Part shown: piece after piece, positions 62,253 to 64,000 of the stretch
Position numbering within the stretch: the first letter of the stretch is position 1
Layout of the letters: the number at the start of each line of letters is the position of its first letter
Source of the DNA: the human T2T-CHM13v2.0 reference genome, Homo sapiens
Length of the DNA: 64,000 nucleotides
Direction: 5' to 3' (one strand)
Assembly: GCF_009914755.1 (NCBI RefSeq)
Contig: NC_060945.1
The notes under the pieces: generated by a model
The model's database searches: none
Told to the model about the DNA's origin: nothing
What the model saw: only the letters and a program-made list of their open reading frames with translations
Made by a program: the position numbers and the translations under genes

Positions 62253-63279
62253 GTGCTCTCTGGTCATTTTTTCAGTGGTGTCCAATAAATTGCTTTTTCT
62301 CCTCATCCTCCTCTTCCTCTTCCCTCTTCTTTCTCTCCCTCTCTCTGTCTGCATGTCATGACAATATGAACTTATAGACTTTTATATGTACAATGTGCTT
62401 CAATTGATACACCCATATTTTTCATGATGCTCAATTTTGTCTTTTATTTGGCCATTGACTTTCAGTGAGTGTGTTACTATGCCCCTTTGAACCAACTTAT
62501 TGTTCTTTGAGTTTCTTGAATTCTAGCACAACAGGATGTCTCAGCCTCATTTTGTAAGTTTTCTTCTTCAGATCTAGAGTCAGCAATCCAATCAAAAAAA
62601 TCAAAAATATTTTAATAGTTTCTGAAAGGCCACATCTATGTGCCATTTTATTTTGCTGTTCTTTGTTTGCTCTGATTCTTGCTTCAGTGTCTTAAGAATA
62701 CCACTTTTTTCTCACATATACAGCCTCATGTATGTTTTAAAGAGCTTATTTAATTAAACTATCTATTGGTGGAAAATGAATATGTAAGAATAGAGAATAA
62801 GACAAGACCTTTGGTTAATATTGAATAAGCAATAACTTATAATCCTTTCTTAATGTGCACTACTGTCATTTGGGAGGTGGTAGATATTGGTAGAGATAAT
62901 ACTGCAGTAGACAACTTTAAAAATCTTTGTAAACATTTATTTCCCTGTAGTTATTTTTCAACTTGAAATTTTCCTTACTTCTGTGCCTGGTAGAGGCTAT
63001 ACAAACAATAAAATATCTAAACATTATTTTTGCAAAATGCTCTGACTTGTTTAAAATTACTCCCGGATACCCATTCCTCAAAAGCCATTGCTTATTCAAA
63101 GAGGAGAAGAGTTCTGGTAGCTACAACAAATGCCCCATTGCATTTCCTAACAATCTTCTCTTCTCATACACTGAAAATCAACTATTTTGTATCTATTTCC
63201 ATTACCTCGTAAGAATTCCTATACCTTGGAAGATGACAATTACTTTTCATATTAACACGCAGTTGTCACGACATTGTGC

Positions 63280-63490
63280 AAGGCCACAAGCTTTGGAGCC
63301 AGGCAGACCTGTGTGTGAATTCAACAACTTACTATGAAGTCTTTGACAAGTCACTTAACTTCTCTAAATGTAAATTTCCACTTTTATTAAAAAAAAAGAT
63401 AAATCCATTTTGAAGCCTTTTATGAAAATTGACATCAACGTAAGCAAAGCAAAATTCAGGAAAAATTTAACAAACTGTTATTATACATTA
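63280..63490 (+). mobile_element. MIR
   Basis: gctttggagccaggcagacctg...gacaagtcacttaacttctct. Confidence 0.65.
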
Positions 63491-64000
63491 GTGTGGTTAT
63501 AACTTTCAATTAAACTAAGATACTAAGAGCAGACATTAAATTTCACCGTCTGATTGAAAGAGAAGGAAAGAAGTGTGTCACAGCCAAAGTGCAGCAGAGC
63601 AAAAGCCACAAAAATCTGGATTCTATACCTAGCACTACATCAAAGGAATTCTGTAGCAAAGCCTTCCAAACTCAAATGGTTTCTTCTTCTTCATCTACAA
63701 AACAAAACAGATATAACTAGTTTTTCTCAACATTTGTCATATAACAGCACAGAAAAACAAATGGAAGGTGGCTAAAGGACCCACTAGTAATCCCCAAGTT
63801 CCCAACAGTTGACAATATGTCAACTGTTTAACATAAAACATCCACAGCCATTCATGGAATATCTGTATGTAACCACATACAAGATGTGAAGCTCTGGTCT
63901 GGAAGACATCTGAAGTCCCTCTATCTCAATGATATTTGTGATGGAAATGTAAGAGCAGGGAATGGCAACATTAGAATAGGAAACAGGGAACACGTTTCAA

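Overview
AT-rich, repeat-dense hominid (human or great ape) genomic DNA. This is supported by AluY/AluS, L1PA2, MER11 and THE1 content. The long ORFs in the track are L1 ORF1/ORF2 remnants and most short ORFs are spurious. The main non-repeat signal is a minus-strand spliced coding chain that the ORF track cannot assemble: five exons (56063-56086, 40311-40442, 13273-13313, 10174-10211, 6780-6866) with GT-AG sites and compatible phases. They give 107 stop-free codons (MNLFCISL/EGSMDSLYEP...NNLFV/GVSNLENAKPKKR-K/LFRRFMSENKIF-E/GKTVNDKIWQEHSKHKNDSHIRRPCQLK) and continue toward or beyond the left edge. The peptide weakly resembles the SASH1 N-terminal region. From memory (not searched) it matches the upstream exons of a long SAMSN1 isoform / LOC388813 on chr21. 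The introns hold a full-length dead L1PA, a full-length L1MA2-like element with a nested 5'-inverted L1PA2 and an Alu, a MER11 solo LTR, MaLR LTRs and DNA transposon fossils. Oddities include a ~310 bp local duplication whose source copy later gained a 25-nt U6 insertion with TSD, a ~140 bp diverged inverted repeat, an AT-rich quasi-palindromic expansion, and a possible in-frame L1 ORF0-like/host-gene fusion. Repeat subfamily names come from recalled consensus sequences, and their boundaries are approximate.
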